In this document: positions 6,861 to 13,842 of the stretch, in pieces
Layout of the letters: each line of letters starts with the position of its first letter
Numbering within the stretch: the first letter of the stretch is position 1
Origin: a virus
IMG/VR virus record: IMGVR_UViG_3300012117_000003
Span: 1 to 18,715 of that record
DNA: 18,715 nt
Reading direction: 5' to 3' (one strand)
Position numbers and translations under genes: made by a program
Notes under the pieces: generated by a model
Told to the model about the DNA's origin: nothing
The model's database searches: none
What the model saw: only the letters and a program-made list of their open reading frames with translations

Positions 6861-7166
6861 ATGATGTTAGAAGAAGCGCAAGCGCGGTTAAAAAAGGAGA
6901 AGATCACCACGCAAGATCAGATTTGGGCGATAAATTCCTTATATATCCTGCTTGACCTCCACAAAGACGATTTCTGCAAAATCATTGATGCAGTAGGGCT
7001 TGAAACCCTGATAAAGAAGCAAAAGCATTATGACCGCTTAGACCAGGCCGAAAAGGAATTAGCGGCAAAGGAGCGATACCTACAGGCAAAAGCACGGTTG
7101 GAAGAACTTGAAGCGGAAAAGGCCAGCCTTGAACAGATCGTAAGCGGATATAAGCAACCCGCCTGA
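6861..7166 (+). CDS. Hypothetical coiled-coil protein (101 aa)
   Basis: AAAGGAG RBS 8 nt upstream. C-terminal Glu/Lys/Ala heptad-like region. Confidence 0.7.
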   Translation: MMLEEAQARLKKEKITTQDQIWAINSLYILLDLHKDDFCKIIDAVGLETLIKKQKHYDRLDQAEKELAAKERYLQAKARLEELEAEKASLEQIVSGYKQPA

Positions 7167-7225
7167 CGAAAGCCGAACCGGGCAACGCAGCCCGTAATAT
7201 ACAAATTTGAAAGGAGCATACCACC

Positions 7226-7507
7226 ATGACAGATCGCACATTGAAAGCCAAAGTTTCCAAGCTGCAAGAACTCCAGGCAGAGATTGACTTCCTTACTGGT
7301 CAGGCCGAAACCATCAAAGACCATATCAAGGAGGAAATGACCGCCCGCGAGACTGACGAACTCAAAGCCGGTGACGCTGTAATCCGGTGGAAGTACATCC
7401 GGCAGAACAAATTCGACAGCAAGGCATTTAAAGCCGCACACGCCAGCCTGTACAGCAAGTACACGCAGGAGCAGGAAACCCGGAGATTTACCCTTGTCAG
7501 CGCATAG
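7226..7507 (+). CDS. Hypothetical protein (93 aa) with N-terminal coiled coil
   Basis: AAGGAG RBS 9 nt upstream. No family assigned with confidence. Confidence 0.7.
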   Translation: MTDRTLKAKVSKLQELQAEIDFLTGQAETIKDHIKEEMTARETDELKAGDAVIRWKYIRQNKFDSKAFKAAHASLYSKYTQEQETRRFTLVSA

Positions 7508-7641
7508 GAAAAGCCCCATACATCACCGGCCCGGAAAGCAAGGTTGATGTAAGAGGCCCCACAACAGGCAGATTGCCCGCTACCTATAGTATAAGCGGCG
7601 GCGGGCTTTCTGTCAAGATTAAGACAGGAGGCTATTTTTTA

Positions 7642-8121
7642 ATGGGAAAAGCGGCAGACCGTACCCGGCACATATTACAGGCTTATGGATATACGCCCCG
7701 GACGCTTGCGATTGATCTTGATGTGTCACCCAAAGTGGCGCGGCGCATACTTCAAGGCGAGAATGACCTTTACTTGAGCGACTATTATTTACTCCAAGAT
7801 TGCATATTAGGCGTTGATCTGAACTTTCTGTTTTGCCAATTCAAGCCCGGTGAAATGAAAGCCGAACGGGAGCGCCGGGAGGCTGAACGGGCCGAAAAGC
7901 AGCGCAAGGATGCCGAGCAAAAAGCGAAATGGGAAGCGGAGGCGCAGGAGCGCCGGGAAAGATGGCGCAATATGACACCGCAAGAGAAATGCGCCGATAC
8001 TGCAAGGGTAATTATTCCTCTGCTTGACGACTGCGAACGGCGCGGATTTACCATTACTGATGTAGCCCGCGAAATTATCAAGCAAGCGGAGGCTAGACGA
8101 ACGGAGGGCGGGGCGGCATGA
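7642..8121 (+). CDS. Hypothetical protein with possible N-terminal HTH and Glu/Arg-rich central helix (159 aa)
   Basis: ATG at 7642 with an AGGAGG RBS (7626-7631), preferred over the upstream TTG at 7573. RTLAIDLDVSPKVARRILQGEN is HTH-like. Also contains ERERREAERAEKQRKDAEQKAKWEAEAQERRER. Confidence 0.6.
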   Translation: MGKAADRTRHILQAYGYTPRTLAIDLDVSPKVARRILQGENDLYLSDYYLLQDCILGVDLNFLFCQFKPGEMKAERERREAERAEKQRKDAEQKAKWEAEAQERRERWRNMTPQEKCADTARVIIPLLDDCERRGFTITDVAREIIKQAEARRTEGGAA

Positions 8122-8348
8122 ATACTTACAAGCCATTAACCGATAAGGACATAACCCGTATGATGAACATGCCCGCCGTATGTGACCAGGCTTGCATTGA
8201 TGTTTCCCGTGTCTTGTGGGAAAAAATGCCGGACGCTTCTATTTTAACCCGCCTTTGCTTTATTTACAAATGGGGCTACCTACAGGGCAAGCGCGGCGTT
8301 GAGAATTGGCATGGACAGTCAATCAAGAAAAGGAGCAAAACAGTATGA
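8118..8348 (+). CDS. Hypothetical protein (76 aa)
   Basis: ATGA start/stop overlap with the preceding gene. Confidence 0.6.
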   Translation: MNTYKPLTDKDITRMMNMPAVCDQACIDVSRVLWEKMPDASILTRLCFIYKWGYLQGKRGVENWHGQSIKKRSKTV

Positions 8349-8533
8349 AAAAGATACATTTCGCCGCCATACCCTGCCATAAAGAAGCCCAAAAGTGCGG
8401 CATGACAGCCAAGCAATACATGAACCACAAGGAGCAGCTACGGGCGGCATTCGCCGCCGCCCTGGGCTTTCCTCCATCAGATGTTCACCTGTTCCGCATA
8501 ATCTTATTTGCAAGGGGAGGCAGGGCCGCATGA
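8345..8533 (+). CDS. Hypothetical protein (62 aa)
   Basis: ATG at 8345 with an AAAGGAG RBS and an ATGA overlap with the preceding gene; the track start at 8306 is rejected. Confidence 0.55.
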   Translation: MKKIHFAAIPCHKEAQKCGMTAKQYMNHKEQLRAAFAAALGFPPSDVHLFRIILFARGGRAA

Positions 8534-8730
8534 ATAAAAGCACATTAAATTCTCTTGTGCCTGCACAAAAACAAAGCGTCGTACCGCAAAATGATCCATT
8601 GAGGGAACTCAAGGATTATTTAATTAGCAAAAATTATACCGTGGCACAATGGAAACGAGTGCGGATAGTTTTGTATCTCGCATTCAAGGCGGCGCTCTCG
8701 CAAATGGAAAGTGACGGTGATCCGGTATGA
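8530..8730 (+). CDS. Hypothetical protein (66 aa)
   Basis: ATG at 8530 in an ATGA overlap with the preceding stop; the track start at 8395 is rejected. Confidence 0.55.
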   Translation: MNKSTLNSLVPAQKQSVVPQNDPLRELKDYLISKNYTVAQWKRVRIVLYLAFKAALSQMESDGDPV

Positions 8731-8849
8731 CACCTGATGAAAAGCGTCAAGCGCTGGTTAGCCTGATTGTTAGCATGAGCGACGAGGATGTAAAACAGCT
8801 TTTTGCTACCCTGTTAAAAATGGGAATGGAGCAGGACACAGTACAGTAA
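8727..8849 (+). CDS. Hypothetical small protein (40 aa, MTPDEKRQALVSLIVSMSDEDVKQLFATLLKMGMEQDTVQ)
   Basis: Below the track cutoff. ATGA overlap with the preceding gene; fifth link of the coupled chain. Confidence 0.4.
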   Translation: MTPDEKRQALVSLIVSMSDEDVKQLFATLLKMGMEQDTVQ

Positions 8850-8913
8850 AGCAACGAGGGGCCGGGGCTGATAAATAGCCCCTCCTCCCGCTATCAGAAA
8901 AGGAGAATGAACC

Positions 8914-9210
8914 ATGAGAAAGAAAATTGAGAACCCTACCCGCGACGCTTTTCTTGCACACCTTGAGAACGTGGAAAGCTACGAGGCCGACAAGGACGCT
9001 GTTTTGAAAGCATACCGCCTAGAGCGGCACGAAAGCACCCGCAAGCCTGTGAACCCGTTAGCCGTGGCCGGAGTGTCCGGCGGGGCGGCGGTGGCGTGTA
9101 CCGCCCTTGTGTTGGGCTACATTAGCGGGCATTTTATCCCGGCGCTAATCGGTGTAGGCGTTGCCGCTTTTATCGGCGTTGTGTGTTTGGCTATGGCGTT
9201 ATGCAAGTAA
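8914..9210 (+). CDS. Small membrane protein (98 aa, two C-terminal TM helices)
   Basis: AAAGGAG RBS. VAGVSGGAAVACTALVLGYISGHFIPALIGVGVAAFIGVVCLAMAL. Confidence 0.7.
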   Translation: MRKKIENPTRDAFLAHLENVESYEADKDAVLKAYRLERHESTRKPVNPLAVAGVSGGAAVACTALVLGYISGHFIPALIGVGVAAFIGVVCLAMALCK

Positions 9211-9223
9211 AGGGGGCGCTCCT

Positions 9224-9676
9224 ATGAGCGAATTTGACAAACTGCTTATCCCGATTTATGAAGCTATGAAGCGCGAGAAAATCCGTTGTATCTGTATTTT
9301 CGCCTGTGTTGTTATCGTGCTGGCCTCTGTGTTGGGAGCAACGATTTATTATTTGCCGCCTCCATCCATTGGCGGGACGCAGGAGCCGGTAACATACACC
9401 TACACCACAGAAGCGGGGCAAACCGTCACAACGACAATAAATGGCAGCACCACGACAACGATTGTCACGGATGCAAGCGGGCGGGTTATATCCACCTCCA
9501 TCACAAGCGGCAGGAGAACAAGAACGGCAGCGCAGAGGGACGAGGCGCGGGAGCGGAGGGCGGCGGCGCGGGCAGAGCGGAGAGCGCAGCGCGAAGCCCG
9601 CCGCCTTGAAAGACAGGCCGCAAGGCTGGAACGGCAAGCCGAGAGGTTAAAGCGGCAAGCCGAGCGGAACGGATAA
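9224..9676 (+). CDS. Single-pass membrane protein with Thr-rich segment and Arg/Glu/Ala-repeat tail (150 aa)
   Basis: ATG at 9224 with an AAGGGGG RBS. TM helix IRCICIFACVVIVLASVLGATIYY. Thr-rich YTYTTEAGQTVTTTINGSTTTTIVT. Repeat tail RRLERQAARLERQAERLKRQAER. Confidence 0.7.
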   Translation: MSEFDKLLIPIYEAMKREKIRCICIFACVVIVLASVLGATIYYLPPPSIGGTQEPVTYTYTTEAGQTVTTTINGSTTTTIVTDASGRVISTSITSGRRTRTAAQRDEARERRAAARAERRAQREARRLERQAARLERQAERLKRQAERNG

Positions 9677-9680
9677 ACAG

Positions 9681-9710
9681 AGGGGCGGTCTTTCGGGGCC
9701 GCTCTTTTCT
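9681..9710 (+). terminator. Probable intrinsic terminator of the 6861-9676 operon
   Basis: Stem 9681-9688 / 9699-9706 includes G-U pairs that only work on the + strand. It is followed by a TTTTCTT run. Confidence 0.45.
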
Positions 9711-9750
9711 TATATCTTGCAGTAACTTTTTATAGCCTTTTCACGCTCTT

Positions 9751-9770
9751 GTGAGGTTTTTGTGAGGTTT
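9751..9770 (+). repeat. attP arm-type repeats, left arm: GTGAGGTTT x2 spaced 11 bp
   Basis: Exact 9-mers at 9751-9759 and 9762-9770. Confidence 0.6.
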
Positions 9771-9805
9771 TAGCGAAAATAAGCCACTAAAAGCAAAAGA
9801 ATAAA

Positions 9806-9840
9806 CCGCCTAACTTTGCTTTAGTTAAGCGGTTTTTCTT
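9806..9840. terminator. Hairpin plus T-run immediately 3' of the tRNA fragment (bidirectional terminator-like)
   Basis: CCGCCTAAC-tttgcttta-GTTAAGCGG (one mismatch). Followed by TTTTTCTT on + and by TTTATTCTTTT on -. Confidence 0.5.
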
Positions 9841-9890
9841 TGGTCTGAGTGGCGGGACTTGAACCCACGGCCTCTACCACCCCAAGGTAG
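9841..9890 (-). other. attP core: 3' 50 nt of a tRNA gene (anticodon arm to CCA), tRNA-Pro(GGG)-like
   Basis: Reverse complement reads ctacc-ttggggt-ggtag aggcc gtggg-ttcaagt-cccgc cactcag a cca. This gives a 5-bp anticodon stem; a 7-nt loop with U33, GGG and G37; a 5-nt variable loop; a T arm with a TTCAAGT loop and G53-C61; a 7-nt acceptor strand ending in G72; A73; and CCA. No D arm or 5' acceptor strand lies upstream. Confidence 0.65.
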
Positions 9891-9993
9891 AGGTTTTCTT
9901 TTTGCGTCTTATTATGGCTTGCGCCATTCTGTTATTTTATAAGGCTTTTCTTGTATGTCCTTGCTGTATCTTATTATAAAATTTAATAGATTC

Positions 9994-10033
9994 GTGAGGT
10001 TTCTAATTGGATTGTGAGGTTTTTGTGTGGTTT
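9994..10033 (+). repeat. attP arm-type repeats, right arm: GTGAGGTTT x2 plus GTGTGGTTT
   Basis: Copies at 9994-10002, 10014-10022 and 10025-10033 (the last one degenerate). Same orientation as the left-arm copies. The last two overlap the integrase 3' end. Confidence 0.6.
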
Positions 10034-11415
10034 GAATCATCAGCACCTAAAACTTGACCTATCACGTCGGAGGCCATAGCGTCCACCGTCTGGATTGCGT
10101 GAGAATATACGGCGTTGGTTGTGTTCTGTGTCGCATGACCCAACCGGGCAGATACCGCCTTGACCGGGACACCCTGCATAATAAGAAGTGTTGCGGATGT
10201 ATGTCTCAAACTGTGCGGCGTGAAGTGTGGGAGGTTGTGCGCCTCTCTAAATTCCCTTACCCATCCCGTGATACTGCTAGGATGGATTGGGAGGCCGTTT
10301 TCCTGCGTGAAAATCTTCCCGCTATCCTGCCACCTATCGCCCATTTTAAGGCGTTCCCCGGCTTGCCAGCCCTTGTATTCGCGGAGCATATTAAACATTT
10401 CATCCGGCAGTTTGATTACACGGTTAGATGGTTCGTTTTTCGTGTCTTTTTCAAAAATGCCTTTGCCTGACAGATATTGATTAGCCTTTGTGATATGCAC
10501 AAGCCGGTTGTCAAAATCCAGATCATCCCACACAAGGCCGCAAGCCTCACCCCTACGCATACCGGAATATAACAACAGCATTATAACGGTTCGCCATTTT
10601 AGCGGGGCCGTTGCAAGGGCCTCCACTACCCGCAGGGCTTCTTTATCGTCAAGATAAGGGGCTTCTTTTTTTGCGCCTTTTGGCTTCATTACCCGCAGGG
10701 CAGGATTTTCCGGTATAGCTTGCATTTGCACCGCCGCACCCAAAATAGCGGACACCATCCCATAATAGCGTTGAAGCGTTTTATCTGCAAGGGCCTCCTG
10801 CTTTTCCGTGACCTTGAACAGTTTGTTTACATCCATATCAAGGGCGGCGGCTATTTTTTTGGCCGTGCTTAACTTTATATTTTTACCCTGACAGGCCGTT
10901 GTGATCGTAACGGCAGACACGCCAGCAGTTTCACCCATAGCGGCGCGGGTTATCTTCTTTTCTTTTAGCAATTCGGCAAGGCTACTCGATACCGCGACCG
11001 GCTCCGTGTTCTTTACTCCGCATTCAGCCAGATTACTATAAAACGATTGTATATGATTCGGGCGCAGCTTTCCGAGCGGAATATGTCCAATGGCGGCATT
11101 GATACGCACCAATAGATCAGAGGCCAGTTTTTGAGTGCCGGGAGAATGCTTGCCGCGATTCATTTCCAGCCATCGATCGGCAAAAGCCGCAAACTTCGTG
11201 TTTGTGTCCAGCACTTTTCCACTACGGCATTTTTCCTCAAATAAGACTTTTTGCCGCTCCAATTCCTTTTCAATCTGCTTTGGTGTCATACCTTTAGCGG
11301 GTTCCCATGTGTGATACTTTAGGATTTGCTTATTATTGATATCGCGGCCCAGGCTCACCCGGATTTCAAATGAAATAGAACCGTCTTTATGCGTCCTCTT
11401 TTTTGACGTTGCCAT
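10003..11415 (-). CDS. int: Tyrosine recombinase / phage integrase (470 aa) with an internal XRE-type HTH insertion
   Basis: ATG at 11415 with an AGGAGG RBS 9 nt upstream, preferred over the TTG at 11436. N-terminal arm-binding-type domain (KDGSISFEIRVSLGRD). Catalytic signature: SGMRRGEA, HSLRHTSAT, LGHA, VYSHA. Confidence 0.9.
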   Translation of the reverse strand: MATSKKRTHKDGSISFEIRVSLGRDINNKQILKYHTWEPAKGMTPKQIEKELERQKVLFEEKCRSGKVLDTNTKFAAFADRWLEMNRGKHSPGTQKLASDLLVRINAAIGHIPLGKLRPNHIQSFYSNLAECGVKNTEPVAVSSSLAELLKEKKITRAAMGETAGVSAVTITTACQGKNIKLSTAKKIAAALDMDVNKLFKVTEKQEALADKTLQRYYGMVSAILGAAVQMQAIPENPALRVMKPKGAKKEAPYLDDKEALRVVEALATAPLKWRTVIMLLLYSGMRRGEACGLVWDDLDFDNRLVHITKANQYLSGKGIFEKDTKNEPSNRVIKLPDEMFNMLREYKGWQAGERLKMGDRWQDSGKIFTQENGLPIHPSSITGWVREFREAHNLPHFTPHSLRHTSATLLIMQGVPVKAVSARLGHATQNTTNAVYSHAIQTVDAMASDVIGQVLGADDSNHTKTSQSN

Positions 11416-12133
11416 TGTTTCGCGCCTCCTTTTCAAGTGGTGGCAATTTACTATGCGGCAAGTTGTAAGTTTTTTTCATGTCGCGAAGTGCGTCAGAAAT
11501 TTCGCCCAATAGAATCCTTTCCATTTGAGAAGTCGAGATAACCGTATCTGATACATTGTGGCTTTTTGATTCGTGCTTGCGTATACCTCCTACAGCATTC
11601 ATTATATAACTTTTGGAATTTTCATTCATAAGGCAAAAGTAATTTGAAATCATATCTATAATTGAAACTTTACTTAGATCATTTGTGTGGTAGGTGATAT
11701 TTTCAAGTAAATAATTTACAACATCAATCCTTGAAACCCAGCCAACTTTTCCAGCCTTATCTAATAACCGGTGTAGTTTTAAGGTGCTTATTGCCTCACT
11801 ACTTAACCCGGTTTTTTCGATTATGGCCTTATCCTCAATATCGGTAGTTGGATCTTCAACTCCACCGATTAAATAATCAGCAGATACCCCAAAGCACTTT
11901 GTCATTTTTGCAAGGGTCTTTACATCTGGTACGTTATCACCAGTCTCATACAGCCCTATGGTGGATTTGGTAACGCCTAATAATTTAGCCAATGCTGATT
12001 GTGATATATCTAATTTTTGTCTTTGTTCCCGGAGCCTTGACGGGAATACAGCGTTTTTATTATCTTCTGATGAATACTTAATCTTTGCCTTTTCTGCCTC
12101 TTTTCTGCTTAACGGAAATATTAACTTTGCCAT
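11387..12133 (-). CDS. XRE/CI-like repressor (248 aa) with a non-peptidase C-terminal domain
   Basis: GGGAGG RBS. HTH: LREQRQKLDISQSALAKLLGVTKSTIGLYETGDNVPDVKTLAKMTKCFGVSADYLIG. I could not find an S24 Ser/Lys autocleavage motif in the ~150-aa C-terminal part. Confidence 0.8.
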   Translation of the reverse strand: MAKLIFPLSRKEAEKAKIKYSSEDNKNAVFPSRLREQRQKLDISQSALAKLLGVTKSTIGLYETGDNVPDVKTLAKMTKCFGVSADYLIGGVEDPTTDIEDKAIIEKTGLSSEAISTLKLHRLLDKAGKVGWVSRIDVVNYLLENITYHTNDLSKVSIIDMISNYFCLMNENSKSYIMNAVGGIRKHESKSHNVSDTVISTSQMERILLGEISDALRDMKKTYNLPHSKLPPLEKEARNNGNVKKEDA

Positions 12134-12152
12134 TTTAAAATCCTCCCTTGGA

Positions 12153-12207
12153 CTGAAATACTTGTTGTGTCTAAAAAATGCAGTCTGAAATATTGACCTA
12201 CTGAAAT
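12153..12207. promoter_or_regulatory. Three direct CTGAAAT repeats in the repressor/cro intergenic region (candidate operators)
   Basis: Copies at 12153-12159, 12185-12191 and 12201-12207. The last two flank the -35 of the rightward promoter. Confidence 0.4.
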
Positions 12208-12221
12208 TATGGGTGTATACT
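12193..12221 (+). promoter_or_regulatory. Rightward early promoter (TTGACC-17-TATACT)
   Basis: -35 at 12193-12198, 17-bp spacer, -10 at 12216-12221, upstream of the cro-like/replication operon. Confidence 0.55.
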
Positions 12222-12235
12222 TATTATGATGACAA
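12207..12235 (-). promoter_or_regulatory. Candidate leftward repressor promoter (TTGTCA-17-CATAAT on -), interleaved with the rightward promoter
   Basis: -35 at 12235-12230 and -10 at 12212-12207, read on the reverse complement. Confidence 0.4.
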
Positions 12236-12285
12236 GTAAATCATACCACAAGGCCAAACATAATGCAAGGAGGTTTTACAAGAAA

Positions 12286-12465
12286 ATGAGCGCAAATACT
12301 GATATTCGCAGAGAAGCGAAAGCCAATGGCGTGCCGCTCTGGAGAATCGCTGAATTTTTAAAAATTAGCGAACCCACAATGTCGCGTCGAATGCGTAAAG
12401 AAATGCCGGACGAAGAAAAAAAACAAATGCGTGAGATTATTTCACAGCTTGCCCAGGAGGTATGA
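12286..12465 (+). CDS. Cro-like small HTH protein (59 aa)
   Basis: ATG at 12286 downstream of an AAGGAGG. The track start at 12226 lies upstream of the predicted transcription start. HTH: GVPLWRIAEFLKISEPTMSRRMRKE. Confidence 0.65.
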   Translation: MSANTDIRREAKANGVPLWRIAEFLKISEPTMSRRMRKEMPDEEKKQMREIISQLAQEV

Positions 12466-12468
12466 ACA

Positions 12469-12705
12469 ATGGCCGCAAGGTTAATGAATACCGTGGATGA
12501 AACATTTACAAGGGCGCAAGCGGAAAATATCGGCGTATCTAAGAACTTTATACGGCAATCTGTCCGCAATGGGGCATTGCCTTGTGTGCGGGCCGGGACA
12601 AAATATCTTATAAATTGGAACGCCTTTATGTCCTATCTGGAAAATCCCGCGCCAGCGGTGCAACCGGAGCCGAGTATTGGCGGTATTCGCCGGGTAGGGG
12701 GTTGA
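12469..12705 (+). CDS. xis: Excisionase-family (MerR-like HTH) DNA-binding protein (78 aa)
   Basis: AGGAGG RBS 8 nt upstream. FTRAQAENIGVSKNFIRQSVRNGALPCVRAGTKYLINWNAFMSYL matches the excisionase-family HTH pattern. Confidence 0.6.
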   Translation: MAARLMNTVDETFTRAQAENIGVSKNFIRQSVRNGALPCVRAGTKYLINWNAFMSYLENPAPAVQPEPSIGGIRRVGG

Positions 12706-12707
12706 AA

Positions 12708-13004
12708 ATGTCAAATTGTAATCTACTTGATTTACTTTCCGAGGGGCGCGAAAATGCGAAAACAGCGCGGGAATTGATGTTGCCTTTAGGTTTCGATAAT
12801 GTCAGGGAGGTTGCCGCTGAGATCGCACGGCTACGAAAGGCAGGGACGATTATTTGTTCTGTGACCGATTCCGACGTAAAAGGCTATTACCTCCCCTCAT
12901 GCCGAGACGATATTATACGCTTCGTCCGCAAAACTGAATCCAGAATCCGAGAAACTGAAAAGATGTTGCAGTCCGCCAGAGATTTTCTACAAGGCGAGGT
13001 GTAA
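12708..13004 (+). CDS. Hypothetical protein, probable winged-helix (98 aa)
   Basis: ATG at 12708; the track start at 12582 overlaps xis. NAKTARELMLPLGFDNVREVAAEIARLRKAGTIICS. Confidence 0.6.
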   Translation: MSNCNLLDLLSEGRENAKTARELMLPLGFDNVREVAAEIARLRKAGTIICSVTDSDVKGYYLPSCRDDIIRFVRKTESRIRETEKMLQSARDFLQGEV

Positions 13005-13007
13005 TAA

Positions 13008-13841
13008 ATGGCAGAACGAAGAATGTTTGCAAAATCAGTCATTGAAAGTGACGCATTTTTAGATATGCCAATATCTGCCCGCCTCTTATACTTCGATTTG
13101 GGTATGCGTGGGGATGATGATGGTTTTGTGGATAGTCCAAAACGCATTATGCGTATCACCGGAGCATCCGAGGACGATTTGAAATTGCTTATAGCCAAAC
13201 AATTCCTCATACCGTTTGAAATCGGCGTTGTGGTGGTTCGTCACTGGAAGATGCACAATTACATACGGAATGATCGGTATAAGCCCACGCAATATCAGTT
13301 TGAAAAAACCGTATTAACAGAGGACACAAACGGGATTTATTCATTGCGGTTGACGGATGGTATACCAAACGACAACCAAGTGGCTACCGCTTGCCTCCCG
13401 GATGGTTGCATAGGGGAGGTTAATAGAGGTAAGGAGAATATAGGAGAGAGGGAGGAAGAACACGCCGCTATCGCGTCGGCCCCTGCCCCCTATGATGAAA
13501 TTGTAAACCTGTACAATTCTATATGCGGTTCTTTCCCGAAAGTCAAGCGGCTATCCAATGACCGGCGAAAAGCGATAAAGGCGAGATTGAATGATTACGG
13601 CTTAGACGATTTCCGGCAACTTTTCACCATAGCGGAATCTACTCCGTTTCTAAAGGGCAAAAACCCCCGGAATTGGGCGGCTACCTTTGATTGGTTGATT
13701 TCTGATAAAAATATGGCAAAAGTGCTTGATGGAAATTATGGTGACAATTCCCCCGCTACCAGCAGCGCCCACGGCGCAGACGGAACCACACACCCGGACG
13801 GTGGCGTATGGATGAACGGAAAGCAAGTGTTGGGGGTATGA
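13008..13841 (+). CDS. Phage replisome organizer (N-terminal organizer domain plus conserved phage C-terminal domain)
   Basis: MAERRMFAKSVIESDAFLDMPISARLLYFDLGMRGDDDGFV is the typical replisome-organizer N-terminus. C-terminus: YNSICGSFPKVKRLSNDRRKAIKARL...NWAATFDWLISDKNMAKVLDGNY. Confidence 0.85.
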   Translation: MAERRMFAKSVIESDAFLDMPISARLLYFDLGMRGDDDGFVDSPKRIMRITGASEDDLKLLIAKQFLIPFEIGVVVVRHWKMHNYIRNDRYKPTQYQFEKTVLTEDTNGIYSLRLTDGIPNDNQVATACLPDGCIGEVNRGKENIGEREEEHAAIASAPAPYDEIVNLYNSICGSFPKVKRLSNDRRKAIKARLNDYGLDDFRQLFTIAESTPFLKGKNPRNWAATFDWLISDKNMAKVLDGNYGDNSPATSSAHGADGTTHPDGGVWMNGKQVLGV

Positions 13842-13842
13842 T

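Noticed and set aside
7573-7641. Longer N-terminal extensions given by the track (starts at 7573, 8306, 8395, 9161, 12226, 12582, 15497, 16089, 4088, 11436, 15)
   Set aside because: Each has a downstream ATG (or the junction-spanning ORF) with a proper Shine-Dalgarno or ATGA coupling. The extensions overlap the preceding gene or use non-ATG starts without an RBS.
8864-8882. Hairpin GGGGCT-gataaat-AGCCCC as a terminator between 8849 and 8914
   Set aside because: No T-run follows, and the next gene starts 32 nt later in the same operon. It may be an mRNA stability or processing element, but this is unsupported.
9191-9650. Track ORFs 9191-9637 (-), 9286-9609 (+) and 9441-9650 (+)
   Set aside because: They are alternative-frame shadows of the GC-rich, repeat-encoding 3' half of the 9224-9676 gene, with Arg/Pro/Gly-rich nonsense composition.
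9841-9876. tmRNA (ssrA) 3' end as the integration target
   Set aside because: The acceptor strand cactcag does not fit the tmRNA/Ala-type acceptor, and a canonical anticodon arm precedes the T arm.
9841-9960. A complete tRNA gene on the - strand
   Set aside because: Only positions ~27-76 are tRNA-like. Upstream sequence (aagacgcaaaaagaaaacct) has no D arm and no 5' acceptor strand complementary to cactcag, so it is an attP fragment.
13380-13460. Purine-rich GGAG/AGG stretch inside the replisome organizer gene as the replication origin
   Set aside because: It encodes the acidic interdomain linker (GKENIGEREEE). No clear iterons are seen, and an origin inside the gene is plausible by analogy only.
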